Shown here piece after piece: positions 16,957 through 25,419 of a stretch of DNA of 64,000 nt. This DNA comes from a virus. Within the stretch, counting starts at the first letter, position 1, and every line of letters begins with the position of its first letter. Both the position numbers and the translations under genes were made by a program. The stretch lies in IMG/VR virus record IMGVR_UViG_3300025732_000017. One strand, written 5' to 3'. The notes under the pieces were generated by a model. The model was not told where the DNA came from. It made no database searches and saw nothing but the letters and a program-made list of their open reading frames with translations.

Positions 16957-17114
16957 TCATACTTCATCGGCTCGCGCCGTGAAGTTGTCATGCAGATCTT
17001 ATTGTTTGTGCTGCATGATTTAGAGTAAACAATACGATTCAAGCTGAGTGGGGGCTTGAGTAAGAGATAAATGGCATGATGCAACGCTCATGAACATAGC
17101 CCACTCCTAATTAT

Positions 17115-17190
17115 TCCCCTGTAGCACAGCGGTAGTTGCATTCGGCTGTTAACCGAAATGTCGTTCGTTCGAATCGAACCGGGGGAGCCA
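17115..17190 (+). tRNA. tRNA-Asn (GTT)
   Basis: Cloverleaf, CCA. Confidence 0.93.
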
Positions 17191-17194
17191 ATAC

Positions 17195-17270
17195 GCCTGC
17201 ATGGTCCAAAGGCACAAGACGCCCGTCTCATACGCGGGAAATCCTGGTTCGACTCCATGTGCAGGCACCA
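17195..17270 (+). tRNA. tRNA (CAT), elongator Met or Ile2
   Basis: Cloverleaf, anticodon loop CTCATAC, CCA. Confidence 0.85.
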
Positions 17271-17275
17271 ATTAC

Positions 17276-17369
17276 GGCCCTGTAGTTTAACGGTAGAACA
17301 CCCGGCTTATACTCGGCATTGTCTCCAGATTAGAGAGCAGTCCAGGTTCGAATCCTGGCGGGGCCACCA
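17276..17369 (+). tRNA. tRNA with TAT anticodon (Ile, AUA-reading) and a long variable arm
   Basis: GGCCCTG/CGGGGCC acceptor, loop CTTATAC, about 24-nt extra arm, CCAGG-TTCGAAT-CCTGG T-arm, CCA. Confidence 0.8.
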
Positions 17370-17447
17370 CTTCAGAATTTAGCAAGGCGGTAGAAGTCCG
17401 ACACGGTGCACCAGATGGGTTGTTGACCCTACTTGCTAAACCCATAC

Positions 17448-17523
17448 GGACTGATAGCATAATGGTTAATGCGTTCTGCTCATAACAGAGATTATGGGGG
17501 TTCGAATCCCTCTCGGTCCACCA
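17448..17523 (+). tRNA. tRNA (CAT), elongator Met or Ile2
   Basis: Cloverleaf, loop CTCATAA, CCA. Confidence 0.88.
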
Positions 17524-17529
17524 AGATAT

Positions 17530-17604
17530 GCTCGTCTAGTTCAACGGCCAGAACACCCGTTTCGTAAACGGGAGATCAAGGCTCGATTCCTTGGATGAGC
17601 ACCA
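17530..17604 (+). tRNA. tRNA-Thr (CGT)
   Basis: Cloverleaf, CCA. Confidence 0.92.
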
Positions 17605-17613
17605 AAATAGTTC

Positions 17614-17642
17614 TTGACATTACCCATTAGATTGGGTATAAT
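17614..17642 (+). promoter_or_regulatory. sigma70-type promoter
   Basis: TTGACA-N17-TATAAT perfect consensus. Confidence 0.85.
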
Positions 17643-17665
17643 GACTTCAAGAGTTGAAGATATAT

Positions 17666-17740
17666 GCCCATATAGCACAGCGGTAGTGCAGCGGTTTTGT
17701 AAACCGAAGGTCGGGAGTTCAATCCTCTCTGTGGGCACCA
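17666..17740 (+). tRNA. tRNA-Thr (TGT)
   Basis: Cloverleaf, CCA. Confidence 0.95.
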
Positions 17741-17747
17741 GTTTAAA

Positions 17748-17824
17748 GGTCCGTTCGTCTAGTGGCTTAAGACATCCGCCTGTCACGCGGAAGATCACGG
17801 ATTCGAATTCCGTACGGATCGCCA
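17748..17824 (+). tRNA. tRNA-Asp (GTC)
   Basis: Cloverleaf, CCA. Confidence 0.95.
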
Positions 17825-17828
17825 TTAT

Positions 17829-17903
17829 GGGGGTGTGGCTCAATCGCGGAGCGTTCGCCTGATTAGCGAAAGGTTGTAGGTTCAAGTCCTACCACCCCTA
17901 CCA
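17829..17903 (+). tRNA. tRNA-Ile (GAT)
   Basis: Cloverleaf, CCA. Confidence 0.92.
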
Positions 17904-17951
17904 ATTGGTGTATAGTAGCATGTAGTTTGTGTAAGTCGTTCGTCCAGAATT

Positions 17952-18034
17952 GGACCGGTCACCGTAGTGGCGAGCGGCGCAGACTTTTAATCTGCTATTA
18001 TACATCGTGGGTTCGAGTCCCACCCGGTCCTCCA
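17952..18034 (+). tRNA. tRNA-Lys (TTT) with enlarged variable region
   Basis: GCAGA-CTTTTAA-TCTGC; about 11-nt variable region; U73; CCA. Confidence 0.88.
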
Positions 18035-18039
18035 TTTAT

Positions 18040-18114
18040 AGCCTCGTAGTATAACGGAGAGAACATCTGACTACGAATCAGAAGATGAGGGTTCGATTCC
18101 TTCCGAGGCTGCCA
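18040..18114 (+). tRNA. tRNA-Arg (ACG)
   Basis: Cloverleaf, CCA. Confidence 0.93.
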
Positions 18115-18118
18115 GTTA

Positions 18119-18194
18119 CGGAGAGTTTGATAGCGGCTAATCGACATGCTTTGGGAGCATGGTTTCGTGGGTTCGAGTCCCACCTCTCCGACCA
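18119..18194 (+). tRNA. tRNA-Pro (TGG)
   Basis: Cloverleaf, CCA. Confidence 0.93.
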
Positions 18195-18198
18195 TTTT

Positions 18199-18274
18199 GG
18201 ATCGTTAGTGAAGCTGGTGCACACGTTCCGCTGAAGACGGAAAGAACTCTGTTCGATTCAGAGACGATCCACCA
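18199..18274 (+). tRNA. tRNA-Phe (GAA)
   Basis: Cloverleaf, CCA. Confidence 0.92.
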
Positions 18275-18276
18275 TT

Positions 18277-18525
18277 ATGGAGATATACATGATTGAATTG
18301 GAAAATCTTAGTGACATTCAAAAGTCACTATGTGATATTCTTTGGGAACTTGATGGTCCCGATGAACTTCAGGCATTTCTCAATGGTCTTCCAGAACGTC
18401 TGCGTAGAGATGCTGAATCCATGATTCAGATGATGCTCTTAAATAGTATTGACAAGACGGAAGATACCAAGTATGCTGATGAAATCTTGAGTAAGATACT
18501 GAACAAAGACAAGACTACTGATTGA
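18277..18525 (+). CDS. Hypothetical protein
   Basis: ORF with GGAG RBS upstream of an internal ATG. Confidence 0.55.
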   Translation: MEIYMIELENLSDIQKSLCDILWELDGPDELQAFLNGLPERLRRDAESMIQMMLLNSIDKTEDTKYADEILSKILNKDKTTD

Positions 18526-18542
18526 ATTGAAAGGAGGTAACA

Positions 18543-19100
18543 ATGTCTATCGGACTCAGAACGCTCGTACTAAATGCGGACTATCATCCAATATCATTGT
18601 TTCCTCTGCACACAATTCCAGTAGAGGATGCGGTGACGCGCCTGTTCAATGGCACCTGTCAGCTTGTATATGAGCATGATCGCAAGATCTTGACGCCAAG
18701 TCTGAACATGAAGTGGCCATCGGTCATTGCTCGTATTGACACCAAGCGTGTCAAGGAGCGTGTAAAGTTGGGCGCTGAAGGTTTGTATTACCGTGATCAC
18801 GGTCTGTGTGCATACTGCGAAACTCCTTTGACGCTAAAGTGCATCACATTCGATCACGTTGTTCCAAAGAGCAAGGGTGGAACCTATTCTTGGGACAATC
18901 TTGTTTCGGCTTGCAGTACCTGCAATCTGCTCAAGGGCGATTCTCCGCCTGTGGGTAAGTGGGCACCAAAGCGTAAGCCATACAAGCCTTCATACTATGA
19001 CCTGCTTGCTGTAAGAAAGAAGTTTCCGATTCAGATCGATGACGAGAATTGGATTCAGTTCATTGGTAAGTGGGATGCGCCTGTGGTGGTCAAGAACTAG
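18543..19100 (+). CDS. HNH endonuclease (McrA-like)
   Basis: LVLNADY N-terminus; RDHGLCAYC...TFDHVVPKSKGG..WDNLVSACSTCNLLKG. Confidence 0.9.
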   Translation: MSIGLRTLVLNADYHPISLFPLHTIPVEDAVTRLFNGTCQLVYEHDRKILTPSLNMKWPSVIARIDTKRVKERVKLGAEGLYYRDHGLCAYCETPLTLKCITFDHVVPKSKGGTYSWDNLVSACSTCNLLKGDSPPVGKWAPKRKPYKPSYYDLLAVRKKFPIQIDDENWIQFIGKWDAPVVVKN

Positions 19101-19109
19101 AAATAGTTC

Positions 19110-19138
19110 TTGACTCACCCAACAAGATATAGTATATT
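19110..19138 (+). promoter_or_regulatory. sigma70-type promoter
   Basis: TTGACT-N17-TATATT just upstream of tRNA-Tyr. Confidence 0.7.
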
Positions 19139-19147
19139 ATGGATTAT

Positions 19148-19240
19148 GGGAGCGTTGGTACTATGGTGTGTGTGCCTCCTGACTGTAAATCAGGTCCCTT
19201 GTGGTAAACGATGCTGGTTCGACTCCGGCCGCTCCCACCA
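19148..19240 (+). tRNA. tRNA-Tyr (GTA)
   Basis: Cloverleaf, long variable arm, CCA. Confidence 0.92.
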
Positions 19241-19244
19241 AATT

Positions 19245-19318
19245 GCGTGGTTGGTATATTGATTGTGCCTCGGCCTTCCAAGCCGATGAAACGAGTTTGA
19301 TTCTCGTACCACGCTCCA
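19245..19318 (+). tRNA. tRNA-Gly (TCC)
   Basis: Cloverleaf, CCA. Confidence 0.92.
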
Positions 19319-19323
19319 GTTTT

Positions 19324-19398
19324 GCGGATGTAGCACAGTGGTAGTGCATCACGTTGCCAACGTGAATGTCGTGGGTTCGACCCCCATCATCCGCTCCA
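19324..19398 (+). tRNA. tRNA-Gly (GCC)
   Basis: Cloverleaf, CCA. Confidence 0.95.
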
Positions 19399-19483
19399 GT
19401 TTTTGAGCCTACGCCTAGCGGCGATAGGTCTATCGAGGTTTTCTTGGCTGTACCAGCATAGCAAAACAACCAAGACGAGTTTT

Positions 19484-19560
19484 GCCCTTGTATCCCAATT
19501 GGCAGAGGAGGCTGATTCAAAACCAGCATGTTGTCGGTTCGACTCCGACCGAGGGCACCA
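19484..19560 (+). tRNA. tRNA-Leu (CAA), short variable loop
   Basis: Cloverleaf, loop TTCAAAA, 5-nt variable loop, CCA. Confidence 0.88.
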
Positions 19561-19699
19561 AAACACCGAATGCGACGACCAGTATCGCATTCGGTCAGCA
19601 CCGAAGTACGTTAGAATTTGAGCGTTTGAAGTGACGTAATGGCGATGAGAGGTCATATGACTCATTGTAACCATCTCCCGCTTCGGTGCGAATCTATAT

Positions 19700-19776
19700 G
19701 CTCCTGTAGCCCAACTGGCAGAGGCATTGGTCTTAGGAACCAAGTGTTGTGAGTTCGACTCTCACCGGGAGCACCA
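19700..19776 (+). tRNA. tRNA-Leu (TAG), short variable loop
   Basis: Cloverleaf, CCA. Confidence 0.9.
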
Positions 19777-19789
19777 TTTTGTTTGTTAT

Positions 19790-19865
19790 GAGCGTGTGAC
19801 CCGAATGGCTAGGGACCTGACTGCAACTCAGGTATATGTAGGTTCAACTCCTATCACGCTCTCCA
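19790..19865 (+). tRNA. tRNA-Cys (GCA)
   Basis: Cloverleaf, U73, CCA. Confidence 0.93.
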
Positions 19866-20468
19866 ATGTTTAGGAATTGCATCTTTCATTTGAGATTCTA
19901 TCTCTTGTTTTATCTCTTCGTAATTTTCAGGTTGTTGTGTTTTCTTATAATTACTTTTCAATTCTGAAAAATCAATGTCCTCGTAATATATGCGTTGATT
20001 AAAAATTTGCAGATGATTGGCATAAAAAAGACTTCTAGATAATCTTGTTATTAGGATAGAAATATCTTTAGGTATAATTTTCACCGTATATTTTTTTTCT
20101 AATTCGTGTTTCAAAGTATGAAATTTATCAAGATGATCTGCAATATACCAACTAGCCAATTGAGATACTATATCTTTTCGCATTAGTAATATTTTGTATC
20201 CATTCTCTATTTCGTTTAGATATGGTGATCTAAATTGCAAGTCGTGTAGCCAAAATTTTACTATGTATTTGTTTGTGGTTTTTTTATACTGAATGTATTC
20301 TTCATAATGTAATAGATAAGATTTGTCTAGACTGTAAATTTTAGAATGCCAGGGCTCACGAAATGCTCTTATTTTTAGTTTCTGTTCTAATAATTCCACA
20401 TAAGGTGTGGATCCACATCTAGGAGCAACACCAATAATAACTATAGGGAATTTGTCAAAATTCATCAC
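19854..20468 (-). CDS. Sulfotransferase-like protein (Stf0-like)
   Basis: N-terminal APRCGSTP (5'-PSB-like loop), EPW, ILLMRKDIVSQLASWYIA (3'-PB-like), IYYED. Confidence 0.6.
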   Translation of the reverse strand: MMNFDKFPIVIIGVAPRCGSTPYVELLEQKLKIRAFREPWHSKIYSLDKSYLLHYEEYIQYKKTTNKYIVKFWLHDLQFRSPYLNEIENGYKILLMRKDIVSQLASWYIADHLDKFHTLKHELEKKYTVKIIPKDISILITRLSRSLFYANHLQIFNQRIYYEDIDFSELKSNYKKTQQPENYEEIKQEIESQMKDAIPKHWRA

Positions 20469-21268
20469 AGTCCCATTTCCTTTCTTATCTTAGTCGCACT
20501 AATGCTGGTAATGCTTTCATCAAATGTTTCTTGCTCAATCTTGTATCCAACATCTCGTCCATATGTGATGTTGACGATGTTTGGTACAAGACGAATGATA
20601 TAACGATTGTTGTATTCGCAATCCAAATCACGACGAATTCGTTCCTCTACATCGGAGAATGAGAATGGATTCTTTTCGTCGTTGCAATTGCGAACCATGA
20701 TGGCAACTTGACCTGTTTTTGCAATTGCACGTTCAAACAATGCACGATGGCCTTTGTGCCATGGTTGCCAGCGACCAAGCATTTGCACAGTTGGTTTTTC
20801 CCAATCAAATTCAGGACGTAAGTTATTCATTATTGCATGAGCAATTTTTGGCGCCCATTTCTTTGCATCCATTTCAGAGATACGGAAATCATAATTGTGG
20901 TGTGATGGTTTTTCAAACAAAGCATTCGTGTTTGCATATTTGCTTTGATCAATCGTGTCCATCCATATGATCCAATCGGCATCATATATTTTTCGCATGT
21001 CCAATAATGGACAGACAAAGTCAACAATGACGTACTTGCTGTCAGATTTGTCTGCAAGCAAACGCATTCTCTGCGCTTGGCGCAATCTTCCCTTTATGGA
21101 AAAATCCCAATCATTGTGCATCTCCCTGACTTGGTCAGCATTATACCAGACTGCGTTATGATTTTTTAGGCAATTAAGAAGTTCTTTTGCTAGTGTAGTT
21201 TTTCCAGATCCCGGAAGACCCATGATTAGAATTCGCGTTGACATCATATACTCCGCATAATAAGACAA
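20465..21268 (-). CDS. APS-kinase-like domain fused to a cytidyltransferase-like (HxGH) domain
   Basis: ILIMGLPGSGKTT, NADQVR, DWDFS..GRLRQA; C-terminal GRWQPWHKGH and ISATKIR. Confidence 0.85.
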   Translation of the reverse strand: MSYYAEYMMSTRILIMGLPGSGKTTLAKELLNCLKNHNAVWYNADQVREMHNDWDFSIKGRLRQAQRMRLLADKSDSKYVIVDFVCPLLDMRKIYDADWIIWMDTIDQSKYANTNALFEKPSHHNYDFRISEMDAKKWAPKIAHAIMNNLRPEFDWEKPTVQMLGRWQPWHKGHRALFERAIAKTGQVAIMVRNCNDEKNPFSFSDVEERIRRDLDCEYNNRYIIRLVPNIVNITYGRDVGYKIEQETFDESITSISATKIRKEMGL

Positions 21269-21288
21269 ACTATATATTCATGTTTGCA

Positions 21289-21364
21289 GGGACCATAGTT
21301 CAGTGGCAAGAACACCTGCTCGACACGCAGGGGGTCGTTGGTTCAAATCCATCTGGTCCCACCA
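21289..21364 (+). tRNA. tRNA-Val (GAC)
   Basis: Cloverleaf, C33 instead of U33, CCA. Confidence 0.88.
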
Positions 21365-21365
21365 C

Positions 21366-21440
21366 GTCCTCATAGTATAGTGGCGATTACACGGCTTTGG
21401 TAAAGCTGAGATGGCAGTTCAATTCTGCCTGAGGGCACCA
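21366..21440 (+). tRNA. tRNA-Thr (GGT)
   Basis: Cloverleaf, CCA. Confidence 0.92.
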
Positions 21441-21447
21441 TTTCCTC

Positions 21448-21476
21448 TTGACATTCTAAAACGACTACTATATACT
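21448..21476 (+). promoter_or_regulatory. sigma70-type promoter
   Basis: TTGACA-N17-TATACT. Confidence 0.8.
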
Positions 21477-21517
21477 GTACATGCTAGTGTTTTCTAGTGA
21501 TTTCAAAGGAGAAGTAA

Positions 21518-21964
21518 ATGATGAAGTATCTTTCTGCACTTGCGGGCGCCATGATGGCAACCACCGCTATGGCTGGTGATCTTTATGTAACTGGTAGCCT
21601 GGGCACCCATGCTACTGGATCTGGTGATGCTGTCGTTGGCGTTGCTCTTGGCATGGAGACACACAAGAATCTTCGCGTTGAGGCTGCATATGAGTACGAT
21701 GTAGACACCAAGGGCAATAGGCTGTTTGCACATGCTCTTCCTCAGGCTCAGATTCCCGGCACTGCTCTGACACCATACGTTCTCGTTGGTGTTGGCGTTG
21801 ATCTTGAATCTCTTGATTCAAAGCCAATGTATGCTCTTGGTGGCGGCGTTCGCGTCGAGTTGACCAAGTCTACAGATCTTGATCTTCGTTATCGTCGTGT
21901 TGATAACACCGATAACACGGACAAGCGTGAAGTCGTTTCCGCTGGTGTTAGCGTAAAGTTCTGA
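21518..21964 (+). CDS. Small outer-membrane beta-barrel protein (OmpA/OmpW-like 8-stranded)
   Basis: Signal peptide (AMA/GD), amphipathic strands LRVEAAYEY, PYVLVGVG, DLDLRYR, terminal Phe. Confidence 0.85.
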   Translation: MMKYLSALAGAMMATTAMAGDLYVTGSLGTHATGSGDAVVGVALGMETHKNLRVEAAYEYDVDTKGNRLFAHALPQAQIPGTALTPYVLVGVGVDLESLDSKPMYALGGGVRVELTKSTDLDLRYRRVDNTDNTDKREVVSAGVSVKF

Positions 21965-21973
21965 TCGAAAGTA

Positions 21974-21999
21974 GTGGCGGCGGCATTAGTCGCCGCCAC
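21974..21999 (+). terminator. GC-rich hairpin, probable terminator
   Basis: GTGGCGGCGGC-atta-GTCGCCGCCAC just after the OMP stop. Confidence 0.55.
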
Positions 22000-22007
22000 A
22001 ATCAGAA

Positions 22008-22556
22008 ATGCATACGTTCAAGTTCCACAAAAATTTCTGGCAGTTGATTGTTACCACGACTGCCAAATCAAGACTCGCCCCCAATTTCGTTGGGCTAGTC
22101 CAGGCAGCATATGCCAAAACACCAGAAGGTAGTTTTGTCAACACGCTAAATGACGTTGTCGCAACTAACTGGATTGCCCTAGACTGGGACAAAGACGAAG
22201 ATGCTGACTCTTGCATTTTCTTCAGAAAGTCGAGGCCAAATGAATCTTGGAAAGGATTCAAGATTCAAGGAATAGGACACGATACGCAAAGGACATCTAT
22301 CGATAAAGTCTTGATCAAAGTCAAGGATCAGTTAAGAAAGAAAGGTTGGTGGATAGAGGCATCTGATGCTTTTGAGCATATCCTCTATAAGGATAGAAGA
22401 GTTCCCGTCGTTACAGACGAGGATTTTCTAGTCTCCTTGTTTCCGACTTCAAATCTTCAACTTTTGAATGATCGACAAAAGCCGGGAAAATATGTCAGAG
22501 GAGTTGCAGGTAAGTCTGTCAAGGAAAGTGTATTTGGCAACCCCACGTTAAAATGA
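22008..22556 (+). CDS. Hypothetical protein
   Basis: 182-aa ORF, no motif recognised. Confidence 0.6.
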   Translation: MHTFKFHKNFWQLIVTTTAKSRLAPNFVGLVQAAYAKTPEGSFVNTLNDVVATNWIALDWDKDEDADSCIFFRKSRPNESWKGFKIQGIGHDTQRTSIDKVLIKVKDQLRKKGWWIEASDAFEHILYKDRRVPVVTDEDFLVSLFPTSNLQLLNDRQKPGKYVRGVAGKSVKESVFGNPTLK

Positions 22557-22559
22557 TAA

Positions 22560-23093
22560 ATGGAGAAAAATATGCTCACGAAGGTACCCAATGTTGTTTT
22601 TCATACTCGCGTTCGCGATGATACTGCTACTGGTCCAAATCCGTATAGATGGGCGCAAGTAAGCACGTTTGAACTCTTTGGCGAAAAGAGAATCCTTGCA
22701 TTCTCTCTTCCCGGTGCATTTACACCAACATGTTCCACATATCAGGTTCCTCGCTTTGAGGAAATGTACAACAAGTTCCGCGCTCTTGGCATTGATGATG
22801 TCTACTGCATTTCTGTCAATGATGCATTCGTCATGAATGCTTGGGCCAAGAAGCAGGGCATTGAAAACATCAAGATGATTCCAGATGGCTCGGCCAAATT
22901 CACTCGCCAAATGGGAATGCTTGTTGACAAGGATAATCTGGGATTCGGCATGCGTTCATGGCGATATGCATTCTTGGTAGAGAATGAAAAGATCGTCAGG
23001 TCTTGGATTGAGCCTGGTCTAAAGGATCTCGCAATGGATGATCCATATGGCGAGACAAATCCAGAAAAGATCTATGAGGATCTAACCAAGTAA
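22560..23093 (+). CDS. Peroxiredoxin (Prx5 type; probable start 22572)
   Basis: FSLPGAFTPTCS, SVNDAFVMNAW, GFGMRSWRY. Confidence 0.95.
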   Translation: MEKNMLTKVPNVVFHTRVRDDTATGPNPYRWAQVSTFELFGEKRILAFSLPGAFTPTCSTYQVPRFEEMYNKFRALGIDDVYCISVNDAFVMNAWAKKQGIENIKMIPDGSAKFTRQMGMLVDKDNLGFGMRSWRYAFLVENEKIVRSWIEPGLKDLAMDDPYGETNPEKIYEDLTK

Positions 23094-23150
23094 CATAAAT
23101 AAAAATGTAGATTTTTTCTACACAACACACAACACACAAAGGAATAAATC

Positions 23151-23339
23151 ATGAAAAATCCATATGAAATGCGCTATGAATATTATCGCTCAGCTAAAGA
23201 ACAGTTGCTAGAGGAATATCATGCAAAAATTACTGAAATGCAAATCGCAGATCGTAAAGACGATTTTCCAAAGTACCCAACAACTGACGATATCATTGCG
23301 CTAGCTGAACGAATCAAATCTTTTACAGAAAAAAAATAA
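23151..23339 (+). CDS. Small conserved T4-like phage protein
   Basis: NPYEMRY...PKYPT..DIIALAE pattern; CATAAATA at about 23094. Confidence 0.55.
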   Translation: MKNPYEMRYEYYRSAKEQLLEEYHAKITEMQIADRKDDFPKYPTTDDIIALAERIKSFTEKK

Positions 23340-23378
23340 GCCTTGACATTTCCAGAACTGTCGCGTAATATGATGAAC

Positions 23379-23750
23379 ATGAAGATCATCTATGTCCGCG
23401 ACAGTTCTGGAAAGAAAAAGCCTTCCAAGTCCAAGCGACTGGAAGCAATTCGTCTAGAACATCAGAAGTTTCTTGCCTCCGTCGGTTACAAGGGAACTTC
23501 CCGCTTGGTGCGAGCAAAGCCAGCTGCGCTGGTTGCTCCTAGTGCGCCATCAATTCCTTCCAGCTCGCTTCGCGACATGATCGCACCTTGCCCAAAGAAG
23601 GATATCTTTGAGCGTACCAGAAACGAGTCCGAAGAAGTCAAGGAAGCCATTCGTGCAAAGGCTGCTAGAACTGCGCCAGCCTATAACAAGGGCGCTCTGC
23701 AGTACATTACTGATGGTGATAATTTGAAGACACTCGGTAGAAAGGTTTAG
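23379..23750 (+). CDS. Hypothetical T4-like phage protein
   Basis: APAYNKGALQYI C-terminal motif; promoter TTGACA 23343-N17-TAATAT. Confidence 0.6.
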   Translation: MKIIYVRDSSGKKKPSKSKRLEAIRLEHQKFLASVGYKGTSRLVRAKPAALVAPSAPSIPSSSLRDMIAPCPKKDIFERTRNESEEVKEAIRAKAARTAPAYNKGALQYITDGDNLKTLGRKV

Positions 23751-24482
23751 GAGAATAAGCTGATGGATATACTATTATCAATTTTCATTGGCATGATATT
23801 AGTGAGAATATGGGATTGTTATTGGGAACTTGAAAAAATTCGCAAAGAAGAAAAAGAATGAAAGCGCAAATTTTACTCAATGGTCAAATGATTAGATTTG
23901 ATAATTTTACGATGGAGATTCTAAATGGAATTTTATTCATCTCCGTTTTGGTTGTGGATGTATCTTCGCGCCAACTCAAGGCACTTGCTGACTGGTTTGC
24001 TGAGAAATACCCAAATCAGACTATAATTGCTATAGTTTCCCAAAATTCAAAGGTTTGAACATGAAAGACAATATTAAACCGTGCCTGATGGATACCATCA
24101 TTGTTCCCAGGGAACGAAATACAATTTATCAACACCCAGAATCCTATCTCTGGTCGCAGCGTAGCATTTATCTAATGGAAAACAAGATGGAAAGTCTCAA
24201 GAACGCCCTTGACAATATCCGTCAGATATGTGAGAATGAAAACATCAAGCCGAAGATGAAGTTGACGTTTGTGGAAACAATTGCTGGTCTTGCTCTTGGA
24301 TTGACTAATGATGACGGCCGTAGCTGAATACACACCCGAACAGATTGAGACAATCAAGCTGCGAGCGCGGCGACTAATCAATGGTGTTTCCCATACACCG
24401 ACTTTCATTGACGCTAATCACCTGATGATTGAACAGCTTCTAAATATTGTGGATCAATATGAAAGGCTCAAGGAGGCCTCAG

Positions 24483-24896
24483 ATGCGTAATGTCGTTCTT
24501 TCTCTTTTTGCTGCTTCTATGCTTGCCGGCTGTGCTGGTGCTGGTCCTAATCAGACTGGCGGTGCTGTCGTTGGCGGTGTCGCAGGTGGCGTTCTTGGCT
24601 CTATGTTTGGTGGTGGTACCGGGCGCCTCGTTGGCACTGGCCTGGGTGCTGCTATTGGCACAGCGGTAGGCTCTTCTGTCGGCGCATCCATGGATCGCCA
24701 GGAGCAGATGCAGAATCAGCCCGTGCATCAGCCATATCATGCGCCGTCGCATATGTATGGTCAGAACAATCTTTCCCGCCCTCACGCCTCAGCTGGTGAG
24801 GAGTCTGCATACAATCGCGGCCGCGCCGAGCGCGAGGCTCAGATCCAGCAGCGTCGTGAGCAGGACGCATACATGCGTGGTCTTCGCGGTTACTAA
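24483..24896 (+). CDS. Glycine-zipper lipoprotein
   Basis: Lipobox LAGC, GAVVGGVAGGVLG...GAAIGTAVGSSVG. Confidence 0.85.
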   Translation: MRNVVLSLFAASMLAGCAGAGPNQTGGAVVGGVAGGVLGSMFGGGTGRLVGTGLGAAIGTAVGSSVGASMDRQEQMQNQPVHQPYHAPSHMYGQNNLSRPHASAGEESAYNRGRAEREAQIQQRREQDAYMRGLRGY

Positions 24897-24911
24897 TAAG
24901 GAGTTTTTGTA

Positions 24912-25169
24912 ATGGAATTTACTGTCTACACCTCGCCATCTTGCGGTTATTGCAAGATGGCCAAGGAACTGATTTCACAAAAGGGTCACAAGTATATTGA
25001 AAAGAGCATCGGCAAGGACTTGACTAAGGATGAGTTCTTTGCTAAGATGGGTCCAGGTATCAAGAGTGTGCCTCAGGTCTTCATTGGAGATAAGCGTATC
25101 GGTGGATACGAGAATCTTCGTGAATACTATGAGGAGATCACCAACAACTTTGGCAAGCAAGGATTTTGA
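24912..25169 (+). CDS. Glutaredoxin
   Basis: CGYC, SVPQVF, IGGY. Confidence 0.93.
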   Translation: MEFTVYTSPSCGYCKMAKELISQKGHKYIEKSIGKDLTKDEFFAKMGPGIKSVPQVFIGDKRIGGYENLREYYEEITNNFGKQGF

Positions 25170-25170
25170 T

Positions 25171-25419
25171 ATGTACACCAAGCACCAGCTCAAGGAATTT
25201 TGTCAGAACGGTGTTGTCACCGTCGTGTTCACCAAGGCCGATGGATCAGAGCGTACCATGAAGGCTACGCTGCTTCCAGAGTATGTGAACAATGGCAAGA
25301 CTCTGCTTCAGGAGAACGAGAACAAGCGCCCAGAGAATCCTGATGTCCTCGCCGTGTGGGATGTTGATGCAAATGGATGGCGCAGTTTTCGTATTGATTC
25401 AATCAAGGGAGTTTCATAA
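25171..25419 (+). CDS. Conserved T4-like protein (SH3/WYL-like fold)
   Basis: VTVVFTKADGSERTMKATL...VWDVDANGWRSFRID. Confidence 0.75.
   Translation: MYTKHQLKEFCQNGVVTVVFTKADGSERTMKATLLPEYVNNGKTLLQENENKRPENPDVLAVWDVDANGWRSFRIDSIKGVS

Noticed and set aside
14659-19743. Many 60-150-aa ORFs across the tRNA array
   Set aside because: They overlap cloverleaf tRNAs, lack RBS and have no protein motifs
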